Positions 48,680-64,000 of a stretch of DNA of 64,000 nucleotides are shown here, in pieces; the first letter of the stretch is position 1; every line of letters starts with the position of its first letter. Made by a program: the position numbers and the translations under genes. The DNA comes from Eledone cirrhosa. Lineage: Eukaryota. The notes under the pieces are model-generated. The model did no database searches. It had not been told where the DNA came from and was given only the letters and a program-made list of their open reading frames with translations. The stretch spans positions 414,036,001 through 414,100,000 of the forward strand of contig OZ024741.1 in NCBI GenBank assembly GCA_964016885.1, written 5' to 3'.

Positions 48680-51600
48680 ATCAACAGTAATAATATACCA
48701 GATGTGTTTATATCAACAGTAATATACCAGATGTGTTTATATCAGCAGTTAATATACCAGATGTTTTTATATTAACAGTAATATACCAGATGTGTTTATA
48801 TCAACAGTAATATACCAGATGTTTTTATATTAACAGTAATATACCAGATGTGTTTATATCAACAGTAATATACCAGATGTGTTTATATCAACAGTAATAT
48901 ACCAGATGTGTTTATATCAGCAGTTAATATACCAGATGTGTTTATATTAACAGTAATATACCAGATGTGTTTATATCAACAGTAATATACCAGATGTGTT
49001 TATATCAACAGTAATATACCAGATGTGTTTATATCAACAGTAATATACCAGATGTGTTTATATTAACAGTAATATACCAGATGTGTTTATATCAACAGTA
49101 ATATACCAAATGTGTTTATATCAACAGTAATATACCAGATGTGTTTATATTAACAGTAATATACCAGATGTGTTTATATCAACAGTAATATACCAGATGT
49201 GTTTATATTAACAGTAATATACCAGATGTGTTTATATCAACAGTAATATACCAGATGTGTTTATATCAACAGTAATATACCAGATGTGTTTATATTAACA
49301 GTAATATACCAGATTGTTTATATCAACAGTAATATACCAAATGTGTTTATATCAACAGTAATATACCAGATGTGTTATATCAACAGTAATATACCAGATG
49401 TGTTTATATTAACAGTAATATACCAGATGTGTTTATATCAACAGTAATATACCAGATGTGTTTATATTAACAGTAATATACCAGATGTGTTTATATCAAC
49501 AGTAATATACCAGATGTGTTTATATCAACAGTAATATACCAAATGTGTTTATATAAACAGTAATATACCAGATGTGTTATATCAACAGTAATATACAAGA
49601 TGTGTTTATATCAACAGTAATATACCAAATGTGTTTATATAAACAGTAATATACCAGATGTGTTTATATCAACAGTAATATACCAAATGTGTTTATATAA
49701 ACAGTAATATACCAGATGTGTTTATATCAACAGTAATATACAAGATGTGTTTATATTAACAGTAATATACCAGATGTGTTTATATCAACAGTAATATACC
49801 AGATGTGTTTATATCAACAGTAATATACCAGATGTGTTATATCAACAGTAATATACCAGATGTGTTATATCAACAGTAATATACCAGATGTGTTTATATC
49901 AACAGTAATATACCAGATGTGTTTATATCAACAGTAATATACCAGATGTGTTTATATCAACAGTTAATATACCAGATGTGTTTATATCAACAGTAATATA
50001 CCAGATGTGTTTATATCAACAGTAATATACCAGATGTGTTTATATCAACAGTAATATACCAGATGTGTTTATATCAACAGTAATATACCAGATGTGTTTA
50101 TATTAACAGTAATATACCAGATGTGTTTATATCACCAGTAATATACCAGATGTGTTTATATTAACAGTAATATACCAGATGTGTTTATATCAACAGTAAT
50201 ATACCAGATGTGTTTATATCAACAGTAATATACCAGATGTGTTTATATCAACAGTAACATACCAGATGTGTTTATATCAACAGTAATATACCAGATGTGT
50301 TTATATCAACAGTAATATACCAGATGTGTTTATATTAACAGTAATATACCAGATGTGTTTATATCAACAGTAATATACCAGATGTGTTTATATTAACAGT
50401 AATATACCAGATGTGTTTATAACAACAGTAATATACCAAATGTGTTTATATCAACAGTAATATACCAGATGTGTTTATATCAACAGTAATATACCTGATG
50501 TGTTTATATTAACAGTAATATACCAGATGTGTTTATATCAACAGTAATATACCAGATGTGTTTATATTAACATTAATATACCAGATGTGTTTATATCAAC
50601 AGTAATATACCAAATGTGTTTAAATCAACAGTAATATACCAGATGTGTTTATATCAACAGTAATATACCAGATGTGTTATATCAACAGTAATATACCAGA
50701 TGTGTTTATATCAACAGTAATATACCAGATGTGTTATATCAACAGTAATATACCAGGCGTGTTTATATCAACAGTAATATGCCAGATGTGTTTATATCAA
50801 CAGTAATATACCAGATGTGTTATATCAACAGTAATATACCAGATGTGTTTATATCAACAGTAATATACCAGATGTGTTTATATCAACAGTAATATACCAG
50901 ATGTGTTATATCAACAGTAATATACCAGATGTGTTATATCAACAGTAATATACCAGATGTGTTTATATCAACAGTAATATACCAGATGTATTTATATCAA
51001 CAGTAATATACCAGATGTGTTATATCAACAGTAATATACCAGATGTGTTTGTATCAACAGTAATATACCAGATGTGTTTATATCAACAGTAATATACCAG
51101 ATGTGTTATATCAACAGTAATATACCAGATGTGTTATATCAACAGTAATATACCAGATGTGTTATATCAACAGTAATATACCAGATGTGTTTATATCAAC
51201 AGTAATATACCAGATGTGTTTATATCAACAGTAATATACCAGATGTGTTATATCAACAGTAATATACCAGATGTGTTATATCAACAGTAATATACCAGAT
51301 GTGTTATATCAACAGTAATATACCAGATGTGTTTATATCAACAATAATATACCAGATGTGTTATATCAACAGTAATATACCAGATGTGTTATATCAACAG
51401 TAATATACAAGATGTGTTTATATCAACAGTAATATACCAGATGTGTTTATATCAACAGTAATATACCAGATGTGTTTATATCAACAGTAATATACCAGAT
51501 GTGTTTATATCAACAGTAATATACCAGATGTGTTTATATCAACAGTAATATACCAGATGTGTTTATATCAACAGTAATATACCAGATGTGTTTATATCAA

Positions 51601-51912
51601 CAGTAATATACAAGATGTGTTTATATCAACAGTAATATACCAGATGTGTTATATCAACAGTAATATACCAGATGTGTTATATCAACAGTAATATACCAGT
51701 TGTGTTTATATCAACAGTAATATACCAGATGTGTTTATATCAACAGTAATATACCAGATGTGTTTATATCAACAGTAATATACCAGATGTGTTTATATCA
51801 ACAGTAATATACCAGATGTGTTATATCAACAGTAATATACCAGATGTGTTATATCAACAGTAATATACCAGATGTGTTATATCAACAGTAATATACCAGA
51901 TGTGTTTATATC
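48680..51912. repeat. 29-bp minisatellite (roughly 110 units)
   Basis: Unit ATCAACAGTAATATACCAGATGTGTTTAT with 28- and 30-bp variants. Confidence 0.98.
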
Positions 51913-52220
51913 TTCTGGAAGAATGAAAGGCAAAGTTGACCTCAGCAAGATTTGAACTCACAATGTAGAGAAAAATTTGAAACACAAACCACTATTTTTG
52001 TGTAATGTTCTAACCATTCTGCCAATCTACCACTGAGCTAATAATGGTTTCTGATTTAAACACAAGGCCAAGAATTTTGAAGGAGGGGGAAGTTGATTAT
52101 CAACCCTGTAAGGATGAAAGGCAAAGCTAACCTCAGCGGGATTTGAACTCAGAACGTAAAGGGCATAACTATATGCCGTAAAGCATGTTGTCCAACGCTC
52201 TACCGATTCTGCCAATCCAC
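51913..52220 (-). mobile_element. Two tandem type-2 SINEs; the first is continuous with the 29-bp array
   Basis: ATGAAAGGCAAAG..ACCTCAGC..GATTTGAACTCA...TCTGCCAATC twice. Confidence 0.8.
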
Positions 52221-53084
52221 AAAATAACAACAACATCAAAATCCTCCATCCATTACCTTTACTACTAATTCCAACTCAACCTACTAACACAACAGTTACT
52301 TTTTGAAATTTCTAGGGTGTATTTTTCAAATTTTAATTTTATAATTTGATTACACTTCTCTTCTTGTCGACGACAGACCGAGACTTTATTGCTTGTAAAG
52401 CTGAAGATAGCTGTCGAAGTATTGCTCTCGGAGTAGTGTGTCATCGAACCTGTATCTGTGGAGACTTCTGGTATTCTTCGTCCCAAACCACCCTTCTCAG
52501 TATTACCGGTGCGGAGTTCACCACCTGGAGGAGTTAGCCTTGCCAGTTAGAATGACTATTTCAATGCCAATATCTAGTGAAATGCTTCCTCCATTTTATC
52601 AGTCAGCACCTGGGCCTCTGTCCACTAGAGAGTGCTTCTTGCAACCTCCACACCGACCAAGACTTTATCATTGGCCTAGCAATGGTTGTGTACACTTTCA
52701 AAGATATTTAAGATTAATATTTCAAGTTTTTTCATCTAGCCCTAGAACTATTGAGAAGCAACAACGTTAGCTTGTATTGAGTACTAGCTAGATCTAAAAA
52801 CCTACTTATAGTGAAATCGTTCAACAAGTTATCCCAATAACAACAACAGCGTAAGCTTGTATTGAGTACTTGCTAGATCTAATCATCTACTTATAGTGAC
52901 ATCATTCACACTAAAATTTAATTAAGAATGTATAAGCTATTTTGACTGAATTAAACTTTTTATAATTAGATATCACATAGAGGTAAGTGAAACAATAATA
53001 TATTTGACACTTTATCTCTCTCAGAGAATATATAAATTATAGTTCAGTTGTCCTGGACCACATCCCTCCCTACTCACTATTTCA

Positions 53085-56000
53085 GGGCAAAGTTGGCCAG
53101 CCACAAAGTTGGTGAGCCACAGAGTTGACCAACCACACAGCTGACCAAGCACACAGCTGACCAATCACACAGTTGACCAACCACAGAGTTGGCCAACCAC
53201 ACAGTTCACCAACCACAGAGTTGACCAACCACAGACTTGGCCAACCACACAGTTCACCAACCACAGAGTTGACCAACCACAGAGTTGGCCAACTACACAG
53301 TTGACCACCCACTCAGTTGACCAACCACACAGCTGACCAACCACAGAGTTGAACAACCACACAGTTGACTAACCACACAGCTGACCAGCCACAGAGTTGA
53401 CCAAACACAGTTGACCAACCACAGAGTTGACCAACCACAGAGTTGGCCAACTACACAGTTGACCACCCACTCAGTTGAACAACCACAAAGCTGACCAACC
53501 ACAGAGTTGACCAACCACACAGTTGACTAACCACACAGCTGACCAGCCACAGAGTTGACCAACCACACAGCAGACCACCCACTCAGTTGACCAACCACAG
53601 AATTGACCAACCACAGAGTTGGCCAACTACACAGTTGACCAGCCACAGAGTTGACCAACAACACAGTTGACTAACCACAGAGTTGACCAACAACACAGTT
53701 GACCAATCACAGAGATGACCAACCACACAGCTGACCACCCACTCAGTTGACCAACCACAGAGTTGACCAACCACAGAGTTGGCCAACTACACAGTTGACC
53801 AGCCACAGAGTTGACCAACAACACAGTTGACCAACCACAGAGTTGGCCATCCACACAGTTGACCAACCACACAGGTGACCAGCCACAGAGTTGACCAACC
53901 ACACAGCTGACCAGCCACAGAGTTGACCAACCACACAGCTGACCAGCCACAGAGTTGACCAACCACACAGCTGACCAGCCACAGAGTTGACCAACAACAC
54001 AGTTGACTAACCACAGAGTTGACCAACAACACAGTTGACCAACCACACAGCTGACCAACCAGAGAGTTGACCAACCACAGAGTTGGCCAACCACACAGCT
54101 GAGCAGCCACAGAGTTGACCAACCACACAGTTGACCAACCAGAGTTGGCCAACTACACAGCTGACCAGCCACAGAGTTGACCAACAACAGAGATGACCAA
54201 TCACACAGTTGATCAACCACAGAGATGACCAACCACAGAGTTGACCAACCACACTGTTGACCAACCACACATTGACCAACCACACCGTTGACCAACCACA
54301 GAATTGGCCAACCACACAGCTGAGCAGCCACAGAGTTGACCAATCACACAGATGACCAACCACACAGTTGACCAACCACAGAGTTGGCCAACTACACAGC
54401 TGACCAGCCACAGAGTTGACCGACAACAGAGATGACCAATCACACAGTTGACCAACCACAGAGATGATCAATCACACAGTTGACCAACCACAGAGTTGAC
54501 CAATCACACAGTTGACCAACCACAGAGATGACCAATCACACAGTTGACCAACCACAGAGATGACCAATTACACAGTTGACCAACCACAGAGATGACCAAT
54601 TACACAGTTGACCAATTACACAGTTGACCAACCACAGAGATGACCAATCACACAGTTGACCAACCACAGAGATGACCAATCACACAGTTGACCAACCACA
54701 GAGTTGACCAATCACACAGTTGAACAACCACAGAGATGGCCAATCACACAGTTGACCAACCACAGAGATGACCAATCACACAGTTGACCAACCACAGAGA
54801 TGACCAATTACACAGTTGACCAACCACAGAGATGACCAATTACACAGTTGACCAACCACGGAGATGACCAATTACACAGTTGACTAAACACAGAGATGAC
54901 CAATCACACAGTTGACCAACCACAGAGATGACCAATCACACAGTTGACCAACCACAGAGATGACCAATCAGACAGTTGACCAACCACAGAGTTGACCAAT
55001 CACACAGTTGACCAAACACAGAGATGACCAACCACAGAGATGACCAATCACACAGTTGACCAACCACACAGTTGACCAACCACAGAGATGACCAATTACA
55101 CAGTTGACCAAACACAGAGATGACCAATCACACAGTTGACCAACCACAGAGATGACCAATCACACAGTTGACCAACCACAGAGATGACCAATTTCACAGT
55201 TGACCAACCACAAAGATGACCAATTACACAGTTGACCAACCACAGAGATGACCAATTACACAGTTGACTAACCACAGAGATGACCAATCACACAGTTGAC
55301 CAACCACAGATGACCAATTACACAGTTGACCAACCACAGAGATGACCAGTTACACAGTTAACCAACCACAGACATGACCAATTACACGGTTGACCAAACA
55401 CAGAGATGACCAATGACACAGATGACCAATCACACAGTTGGCCAATCACAGTTGACCAACCACAGAGATGACCAATTACACAGTTGACCATTTACACAGT
55501 TGACCAACCACAGAGATGACCAATTACACAGTTGACCAACCACAGGGATGACCAATTACACAATTGACCAACCACAGAGATGACCAATCACACAGTTGAC
55601 CAACCACAGAGATGACCAATTACACAGTTGACCAACCACAGAGATGACCAACCACAGAGATGACCAATTACACAGTTGAGCAACCACAGAGATGACCAAT
55701 CACACAGTTGAGCAACCACAGAGATGACCAATCACAGAGTTGACCAACCCAGAGATGACCAATTACACAGTTGACCAACCACAGATATGACCAATTACAC
55801 AGTTGACCAACCACAGAGATGACCAATTACACAGTTGACCAACCACAGAGATGACCAATTATACAGTTGACCAACCACAAAGATGACCAATTACACAGTT
55901 GACCAACCACAGAGATGACCAATTACACAGTTGACCAACCACAGAGATGACCAATTACACAGTTGACCAACCACAGAGATGACCAATTACACAGTTGACC

Positions 56001-58738
56001 AACCACAGAGATGACCAATTACACAGTTGACCAACCACAGAGATGACCAATTACACAGTTGACCAACCAGAGATGACCAATTACACAGTTGACCAACCAC
56101 AGAGATGACCAATTACACAGTTGACCAACCACAGAGATGACCAATTACACAGTTGAGCAACCACAGAGATGACCAATCACACAGTTGAGCAACCACAGAG
56201 ATGACCAATTACACAGTTGACCAACCACAGAGATGACCAATCACACAGTTGACCAACCACAGAGATGACCAATTACACAGTTGACCAACCACAGAGATGA
56301 CCAATCACAGAGTTGACCAACCCAGAGATGACCAATTACACAGTTGACCAACCACAGATATGACCAATTACACAGTTGACCAACCACAGAGATGACCAAT
56401 CACACAGTTGACCAACCACAGAGATGACCAATCACACAGTTGACCAACCACAGAGATGACCAATCACACAGTTGACCAACCACAGAGATGACCAATCACA
56501 CAGTTGACCAACCACAAAGATGACCAATCACAGTTGACCAACCACAGAGATGACCAATTACACAGTTGACCAAACACAGAGATGACCAATCACACAGTTG
56601 GCCAACCACAGAGATGACCAATTACACAGTTGACCAAACACAGAGATGACCAATCACACAGTTGACCAACCACAAAGATGACCAATCACACAGTTGACCA
56701 AACACAGAGATGACCAATCACACAGTTGACCAACCACAGAGATGACCAATTACACAGTTGACCAAACACAGAGATGACCAATCACACAGTTGGCCAACCA
56801 CAGAGATGACCAATTACACAGTTGACCAAACACAGAGATGACCAATCACACAGTTGACCAACCACAAAGATGACCAATCACACAGTTGACCAAACACAGA
56901 GATGACCAATCACACAGTTGACCAACCACAGAGATGACCAATTACACAGTTGACCAAACACAGATGACCAATCACACAGTTGGCCAACCACAGAGATGAC
57001 CAATTACACAGTTGACCAAACACAGAGATGACCAATCACACAGTTGACCAACCACAAAGATGACCAATCACACAGTTGACCAAACACAGAGATGACCAAT
57101 CACACAGTTGACCAACCACAGAGATGACCAATTACACAGTTGACCAAACACAGAGATGACCAATCACACAGTTGGCCAACCACAGAGATGACCAATTACA
57201 CAGTTGACCAAACACAGAGATGACCAATCACACAGTTGGCCAACCACAGAGATGACCAATTACACAGTTGACCAAACACAGAGATGACCAATCACACAGT
57301 TGACCAAACACAGAGATGACCAATCACACAGTTGACCAACCACAGAGATGACCAATTACACAGTTGACCAAACACAGAGATGACCAATCACACAGTTGGC
57401 CAACCACAGAGATGACCAATTACACAGTTGACCAAACACAGAGATGACCAATCACACAGTTGACCAAACACAGAGATGACCAATCACACAGTTGACCAAC
57501 CACAAAGATGACCAATCACACAGTTGACCAAACACAGAGATGACCAATCACACAGTTGACCAACCACAGAGATGACCAATCACACAGTTGACCAACCACA
57601 GAGATGACCAATTACACAGTTGACCAAACACAGAGATGACCAATCACACAGTTGGCCAAACACAGAGATGACCAATCACACAGTTGACCAACCACAGAGA
57701 TGACCAATTACACAGTTGACCAAACACAGAGATGACCAATCACACAGTTGACCAACCACAAAGATGACCAATCACACAGTTGACCAAACACAGAGATGAC
57801 CAATCACACAGTTGACCAAACACAGAGATGACCAATCACACAGTTGACCAACCACAAAGATGACCAATCACACAGTTGGCCAACCACAGAGATGACCAAT
57901 TACACAGTTGACCAAACACAGAGATGACCAATCACACAGTTGACCAAACACAGAGATGACCAATCACACAGTTGGCCAACCACAGAGATGACCAATTACA
58001 CAGTTGACCAAACACAGAGATGACCAATCACACAGTTGACCAAACACAGAGATGACCAATCACACAGTTGACCAACCACAAAGATGACCAATCACACAGT
58101 TGACCAAACACAGAGATGACCAATCACACAGTTGACCAACCACAAAGATGACCAATTACACAGTTGACCAAACACAGAGATGACCAATTACACAGTTGAC
58201 CAAACACAGAGATGACCAATCACACAGTTGACCAACCACAAAGATGACCAATCACACAGTTGACCAAACACAGAGATGACCAATCACACAGTTGACCAAA
58301 CACAGAGATGACCAATCACACAGTTGGCCAACCACAGAGATGACCAATCACTCAGTTGGCCAACCACAGAGATGACCAATTACACAGTTGACCAACCACA
58401 GAGATGACCAATCACACAGTTGACCAACCACAGAGATGACCAATCACTCAGTTGGCCAACCACAGAGATGACCAATTACACAGTTGACCAACCACAGAGA
58501 TGACCAATCACACAGTTGACCAACCACAAAGATGACCAATCACACAGTTGGCCAACCACAGAGATGACCAATCACTCAGTTGGCCAACCACAGAGTTGAC
58601 CAATCACACAGTGGACCAACCACAGAGTTGACCAACCACATAGTTGACCAACCACAGAGTTGACCAACCACGGAGTCGACCAATCACCAACTGTGTGATT
58701 GGTCAGCTGCATGGTTGGTCAACTCTGTGGTTGGTCAA
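53085..58738. repeat. 16-bp satellite grading into a 32-bp dimer; last three or so units inverted
   Basis: CCACAGAGTTGACCAA monomers on the left; CCACAGAGATGACCAA+T(C/T)ACACAGTTGACCAA dimers from about 54450; reverse-complement units at 58690-58738. Confidence 0.97.
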
Positions 58739-58866
58739 TGTGGCCCACCTTATGATGAACCACATCCAATGTGGTCCACCTTATGATGAGTCACATCCTA
58801 TGTGGCCCACTTATGATGAGTCACATCCTATGTGGCCCACTTATGATGAGCCACATCCTATGTGGC
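58739..58866. repeat. Four copies of a 30-31 bp unit
   Basis: TGTGGCCCAC(C)TTATGATGAG(T/C)CACATCCTA. Confidence 0.9.
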
Positions 58867-58911
58867 TCACTGCTCAAAAATGTTTTCTCATGCCTGTTGT
58901 GAAGCTTTAAC

Positions 58912-61900
58912 TGTCTGTTTAGTTATATCTATGTCTAGTTATGTGTATGTCTAGTGATATGTATGTCTAGTTATATGTAGGTCTAGCTATATGTATGTCT
59001 AGTTACATATGTCTAGTTATGTGTATGTCTAGTTATATGTATGTCTAGTTATGTGTAGGTCTAGCTATATGTATGTCTAGTTACATATGTCTAGTTATGT
59101 GTATGTCTAGTTATATGTATGTCTAGTTATATGTATGTCTAGTTATATGTAGGTCTAGTTATATGTAGGTCTAGCTATATGTATGTCTAGTTACATATGT
59201 CTAGTTATGTGTATGTCTAGTTATATGTATGTCTAGTTATATGTATGTCTAGTTATATGTATGTCTAGTTATATGTAGGTCTAGCTATATGTATGTCTAG
59301 TTACATATGTCTAGTTATGTGTATGTCTAGTTATATGTATGTCTAGTTATATGTATGTCTAGTTATATGTATGTCTAGTTATATGTAGGTCTAGTTATAT
59401 GTATGTCTAGTTATATGTATGTCTAGTTATATGTATGTCTAGTTGTATGTATGTCTAGTTATGTGTAGGTCTAGTTATATGTATGTCTAGTTATATGTAT
59501 GTCTAGTTATGTGTGTGTCTAGTTATATGTATGTCTAGTTATATGTATGTCTAGTTATATGTATGTCTAGTTATATGTATGTCTAGTTATATGTCTGTCT
59601 AGTTATATGTATGTCTAGTTATGTGTATGTCTAGTTATATGTCTGTTTAGTTATGTGTGTGTCTAGTTATGTGTGTGTCTAGTTATATGTATGTCTAGTT
59701 ATATTTATGTCTAGTTATATGTATGACTAGTTATATGTATTCTAGATATATCTATGTCTAGTTATTTGTATGTCTAGTTACATGTATGTCTAGTTATATT
59801 AAAGGCATGTCTAGCTATATGTATGTCTAGTTATATTATATGTATGTCTAGCTATATGTATGTCTAGCTATATGTATGTCTAGTTATGTGTATGTCTAGT
59901 TATATGTATGTCTAGTTATATGTATGTCTAGCTATATGTATGTCTAGTTATATGTATGTCTAGTTATATGTATGTCTAGCTATATGTGTGTCTAGTTATG
60001 TATGTCTAGTTATGGGTATGTCTAGTTATGTGTATGTCTAGTTATGTATGTCTAGTTATGTGTATGTCTAGTTATGTATGTCTAGTTATGTGTATGTCTA
60101 GTTATATGTATGTCTAGTTATATGTATGTCAAGTTATGTATGTTTAGATATGTGTATGTCTAATTATGTGTATGTCTAGTTATATGTATGTCTAGTTATA
60201 TATGTCTAGTTATATGTATGTCTAGTTATGTGTATGTCTAGTTATGTGTATGTCTAGTTATATGTATGTCTAGTTATGTGTATGTCTAGTTATATGTATG
60301 TCTAGTTATATGTATGTCTAGTTATGTATGTCTAGATATATATGTCTAGTTATATGTATGTCTAGTTATGTGTATGTCTTGTTATGTGTATGTCTAGTTA
60401 TGTGTATGTCTAGTTATATGTATGTCTAGTTATGTATGTCTAGTTATATGTATGTCTAGTTATGTATGTCTCGTTATATGTAAGTCTAGTTATGGGTATG
60501 TCTAGTTATGTGTGTGTCTAGTTATATGTATGTCTAGTTATGTATGTCTAGTTATATGTATGTCTAGCTATATGTATGTCTAGTTATGTGTATGTCAAGT
60601 TATGTATGTCTCGTTATATGTAAGTCTAGTTATGGGTATGTCTAGTTATGTGTATGTCTAGTTATATGTATGTTTAGTTATATGTATGTCTAGTTATATG
60701 TATGTCTAGGTGTATCTATGTCTAGTTATGTATGTCTAGTTATATGTATGTCTAGTTATCTATGTCTAGTTATGTGTATGTCTAGTTATGTGTATGTCTA
60801 GTTATGTATGTCTAGTTATATGTATGTCTAGTTATGTATGTCTAGTTATGTATGTCTAGTTATGTATGTCTAGTTATGTATGTCTAGTTATATGTATGTC
60901 TAGTTATATGTATGTCTAGTTAACTATGTCTAGTTATGGGTATGTCTAGTTATATGTATGTCTAGTTATTTATGTCTAGTTATATGTATGTCTAGTTATG
61001 TATGTCTAGTTATGTGTATGTCTAGTTATATGTATGTCTAGTTATGTATGTCTAGATATGTGTATGTCTAGTTATGTGTATGTCTAGTTAGGTATGTCTA
61101 GTTATATGTATGTCTAGTTATATGTATGTCTAGTTATGTGTATGTCTAGTTATATGTATGTCTAATTAAATGTATGTCTAGTTATGTGTATGTCTAGTTA
61201 TATGTCTGTCTAGTTATATGTATGTCTAGTTATATGTATGTCTAGTTATATGTATGTCTAGTTATGTTTATGTCTAGTTATATGTCTGTCTAGTTATATG
61301 TATGTCTAGTTAAATGTATGTCTAGTTATGTGTATGTCTAGTTATATGTCTGTCTAGTTATATGTATGTCTAGTTAAATGTATGTCTAGTTATGTGCATG
61401 TCTAGTTATATGTCTGTCTAGTTTTATGTATGTCTAGTTAAATGTAAGTCTAGTTATGTGTATGTCTAGTTATATGTCTGTCTAGTTATATGTATGTCTA
61501 GTTAAATGTATGTCTAGTTATGTGTATGTCTAGTTATATGTCTGTCTAGTTATATGTATGTCTAGTTACATGTATGTCTAGTTATATGTATGTCTAGTTA
61601 CATATGTCTAGTTATGTGTATGTCTAGTTATGTATGTCTAGTTATGTGTATGTCTAGTTATATGTATGTCTAGTTATATGTATGTCTAGTTATATGTATG
61701 TCTAGCTATATGTGTGCCTAGTTATGTATGTCTAGTTATGGGTATGTCTAGTTATGTGTATGTCTAGTTATGTATGTCTAGTTATATGTATGTCTAGTTA
61801 TATGTATGTCTAGTTATGTATGTCTAGTTATGTATGTCTAGTTATGTGTATGTCTAGTTATGTGTATGTCTAGTTATATGTATGTCTAGTTATCTATGTC

Positions 61901-64000
61901 TAGTTATGGGTATGTCTAGTTATGTGTATGTCTAGTTATGTATGTCTAGTTATGTGTCTGTCTAGTTATATGTATGTCTAGTTATATGTATGTCTAGTTA
62001 TGTATGTCTAGTTATATGTATGTCTAGTTATGTATGTTTAGATATGTGTATGTCTAGTTATGTGTATGTCTAGTTATATGTATGTCTAGTTATATGTATG
62101 TCTAGTTATATGTATGTCTAGTTATGTATGTTTAGATATGTGCATGTCTAGTTATATATATGTCTAGTTATATGTATGTCTAGTTATGTGTATGTCTAGT
62201 TATGTGTATGTCTAGTGATATGTATGTCTAGTTATGTGTATGTCTAGTTATATGTATGTCTAGTTATGTATGTCTAGATATATATGTCTAGTTATATGTA
62301 TGTCTAGTTATGTGTATGTCTTGTTATGTGTATGTCTAGTTATATGTATGTCTAGTTATGTGTATGTCTAGTTATATGTATGTCTAGTTATATGTATGTC
62401 TAGTTATTTGTATGTCTAGTTATATGTATGTCTAGTTATATGTATGTCTAGTTATGGGTATGTCTAGTTATATATATGTCTAGTTATGTGTATGTCTAGT
62501 TATATGTATGTCTAGTTATATGTATGTCTAGTTGTGTATGTCTAGTTATTTGTATGTCTAGTTATGTATGTCTGGTTATATGTATGTCTGGTTATATGTA
62601 TGTCTAGTTATATGTATGTCTAGTTACGTGTATGTCTAGTTATATGTATGTCTAGTTATATGTATGTCTAGTTATATGTATGGCTAGTTATGTATGTCTA
62701 GTTATGGGTATGTCTAGTTATGTGTATGTCTAGTTATATGTATGTCTCGTTATGTATGTCTAGTTATGGGTATGTCTAGTTATGTGTGTGTCTAGTTATA
62801 TGTATGTCTAGTTATATATATGTCTAGTTATATGTATGTCTAGTTATGTGTGTGTCTAGTTATGTGTGTGTCTAGTTATATGTATGTCTAGTTATGTGTA
62901 TGTCTAGTTATATGTATGTCTAGTTATGTGTGTGTCTAGTTATATGTATGTCTAGTTATGTATGACTAGTTATGGGTATGTCTAGTTATGTGTATGTCTA
63001 GTTATATGTATGTCAAGTTATATGTATGTCTAGTTATGTGTATGTCTAGTTATATGTATGTCTAGTTATGTATGTATAGTTATATGTATGCCTAGTTATG
63101 TGTATGTCTAGTTATATGTATGTCTAGTTATGTGTATGTCTAGTTATATGTATGTCTAGTTATGTGTATGTCTAGTTATGTATGTATAGTTATATGTATG
63201 CCTAGTTAAGTGTATGTCTAGTTATATGTATGTCTAGTTATATGTATGTCTAGTTCTGTGTATGTCTAGTTATATGTATGTCTAGTTATGTATGTCTAGT
63301 TATATGGATGTCTAGTTATGTGTATGTCTAGTTATGTGTATGTCTAGTTATGTGTATGTCTTGTTATGTATGTCTAGTTATGTGTATGTCTAGTTATGGG
63401 TATGTCTCGTTATATGTATGTCTAGTTATGTGTGTGTCTAGTTATATGTATGTCTAGTTATATATATGTCTAGTTATATGTATGTCTAGTTATGTGTGTG
63501 TCTAGTTATATGTATGTCTAGTTATATGTATGTCTATTTATGTGTGTGACTAGTTATATGTATGTCTAGTTATGTGTGTGTCTAGTTATATGTATGTCTA
63601 TTTATATGTATGTCTAGTTATGTGTGTGTCTAGTTATATGTATGTCTAGTTTTGTGTATGTCTAGTTATATGTATGTCTAGTTATATGTATGTCTAGTTA
63701 TATGTATGTCTAGTTATATATATGTCTAGTTATGTGTATGTCTAGTTATATGTATGTCTAGTTATATGTATGTCTAGTTATATGTATGTGTAGTTATATG
63801 TATGTCTAATTATGTGTGTGTCTAGTTATATGTATATCTAGTTATATATATGTCTAGTTATGTGTATGTCTAGTTATGTGTATGTCTAGTTATGTGTATG
63901 TCTAGTTATGTGTATGTCTAGTTATGGGTATGTCTAGTTATATGTATGTCTAGTTATATGTATGTCTAGTTATGTGTATGTCTAGTTATATGTATGTCTA
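58912..64000. repeat. 14/16-bp satellite running off the window end
   Basis: TCTAGTTAT(A/G)TGTATG and TCTAGTTATGTATG units. Confidence 0.98.

Noticed and set aside
53082-55287. Cys/Trp-rich ORFs (WSTLWLVNCVVGQLCG)
   Set aside because: Translations of the 16-bp satellite cycling through frames
58912-64000. Possible telomeric repeat
   Set aside because: The unit is TCTAGTTATATGTATG; no TTAGGG array is present

Overview
Gene-free, repeat-dense animal DNA; the repeat families resemble those of octopod cephalopods (inference, no search run). The left part (1-36380) is a (TA)n/(TACA)n microsatellite matrix. It holds six young RTE-clade LINE copies from three families, which carry a C4HC3 PHD-type finger inside the RT. 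It also holds CR1- and Tx1-like fragments, two Penelope-like (Naiad-type GIY-YIG) fragments and tRNA-headed SINEs. After a 200-N gap and a long AT-only tract, the right part is mostly tandem arrays with 42, 60, 29, 16/32 and 14/16 bp units. The most notable signal is a cluster of minimal type-I hammerhead ribozyme motifs with palindromic stem III: five with intact core nucleotides, three degenerate and several half-sites between 7.4 and 24.2 kb. Three of the hammerhead loci belong to one non-coding family that inserts into TA repeats as head-to-head fold-backs with a shared tail and a shared inversion end-point. Other signals are TA-centred palindromes (94 bp perfect; about 1.85 kb), an otherwise intact RTE ORF with an in-frame deletion of the YADD motif, LINE 3' UTRs that look like captured SINE halves, and a 29-bp satellite that appears to have been born inside a SINE. 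No host gene could be supported.
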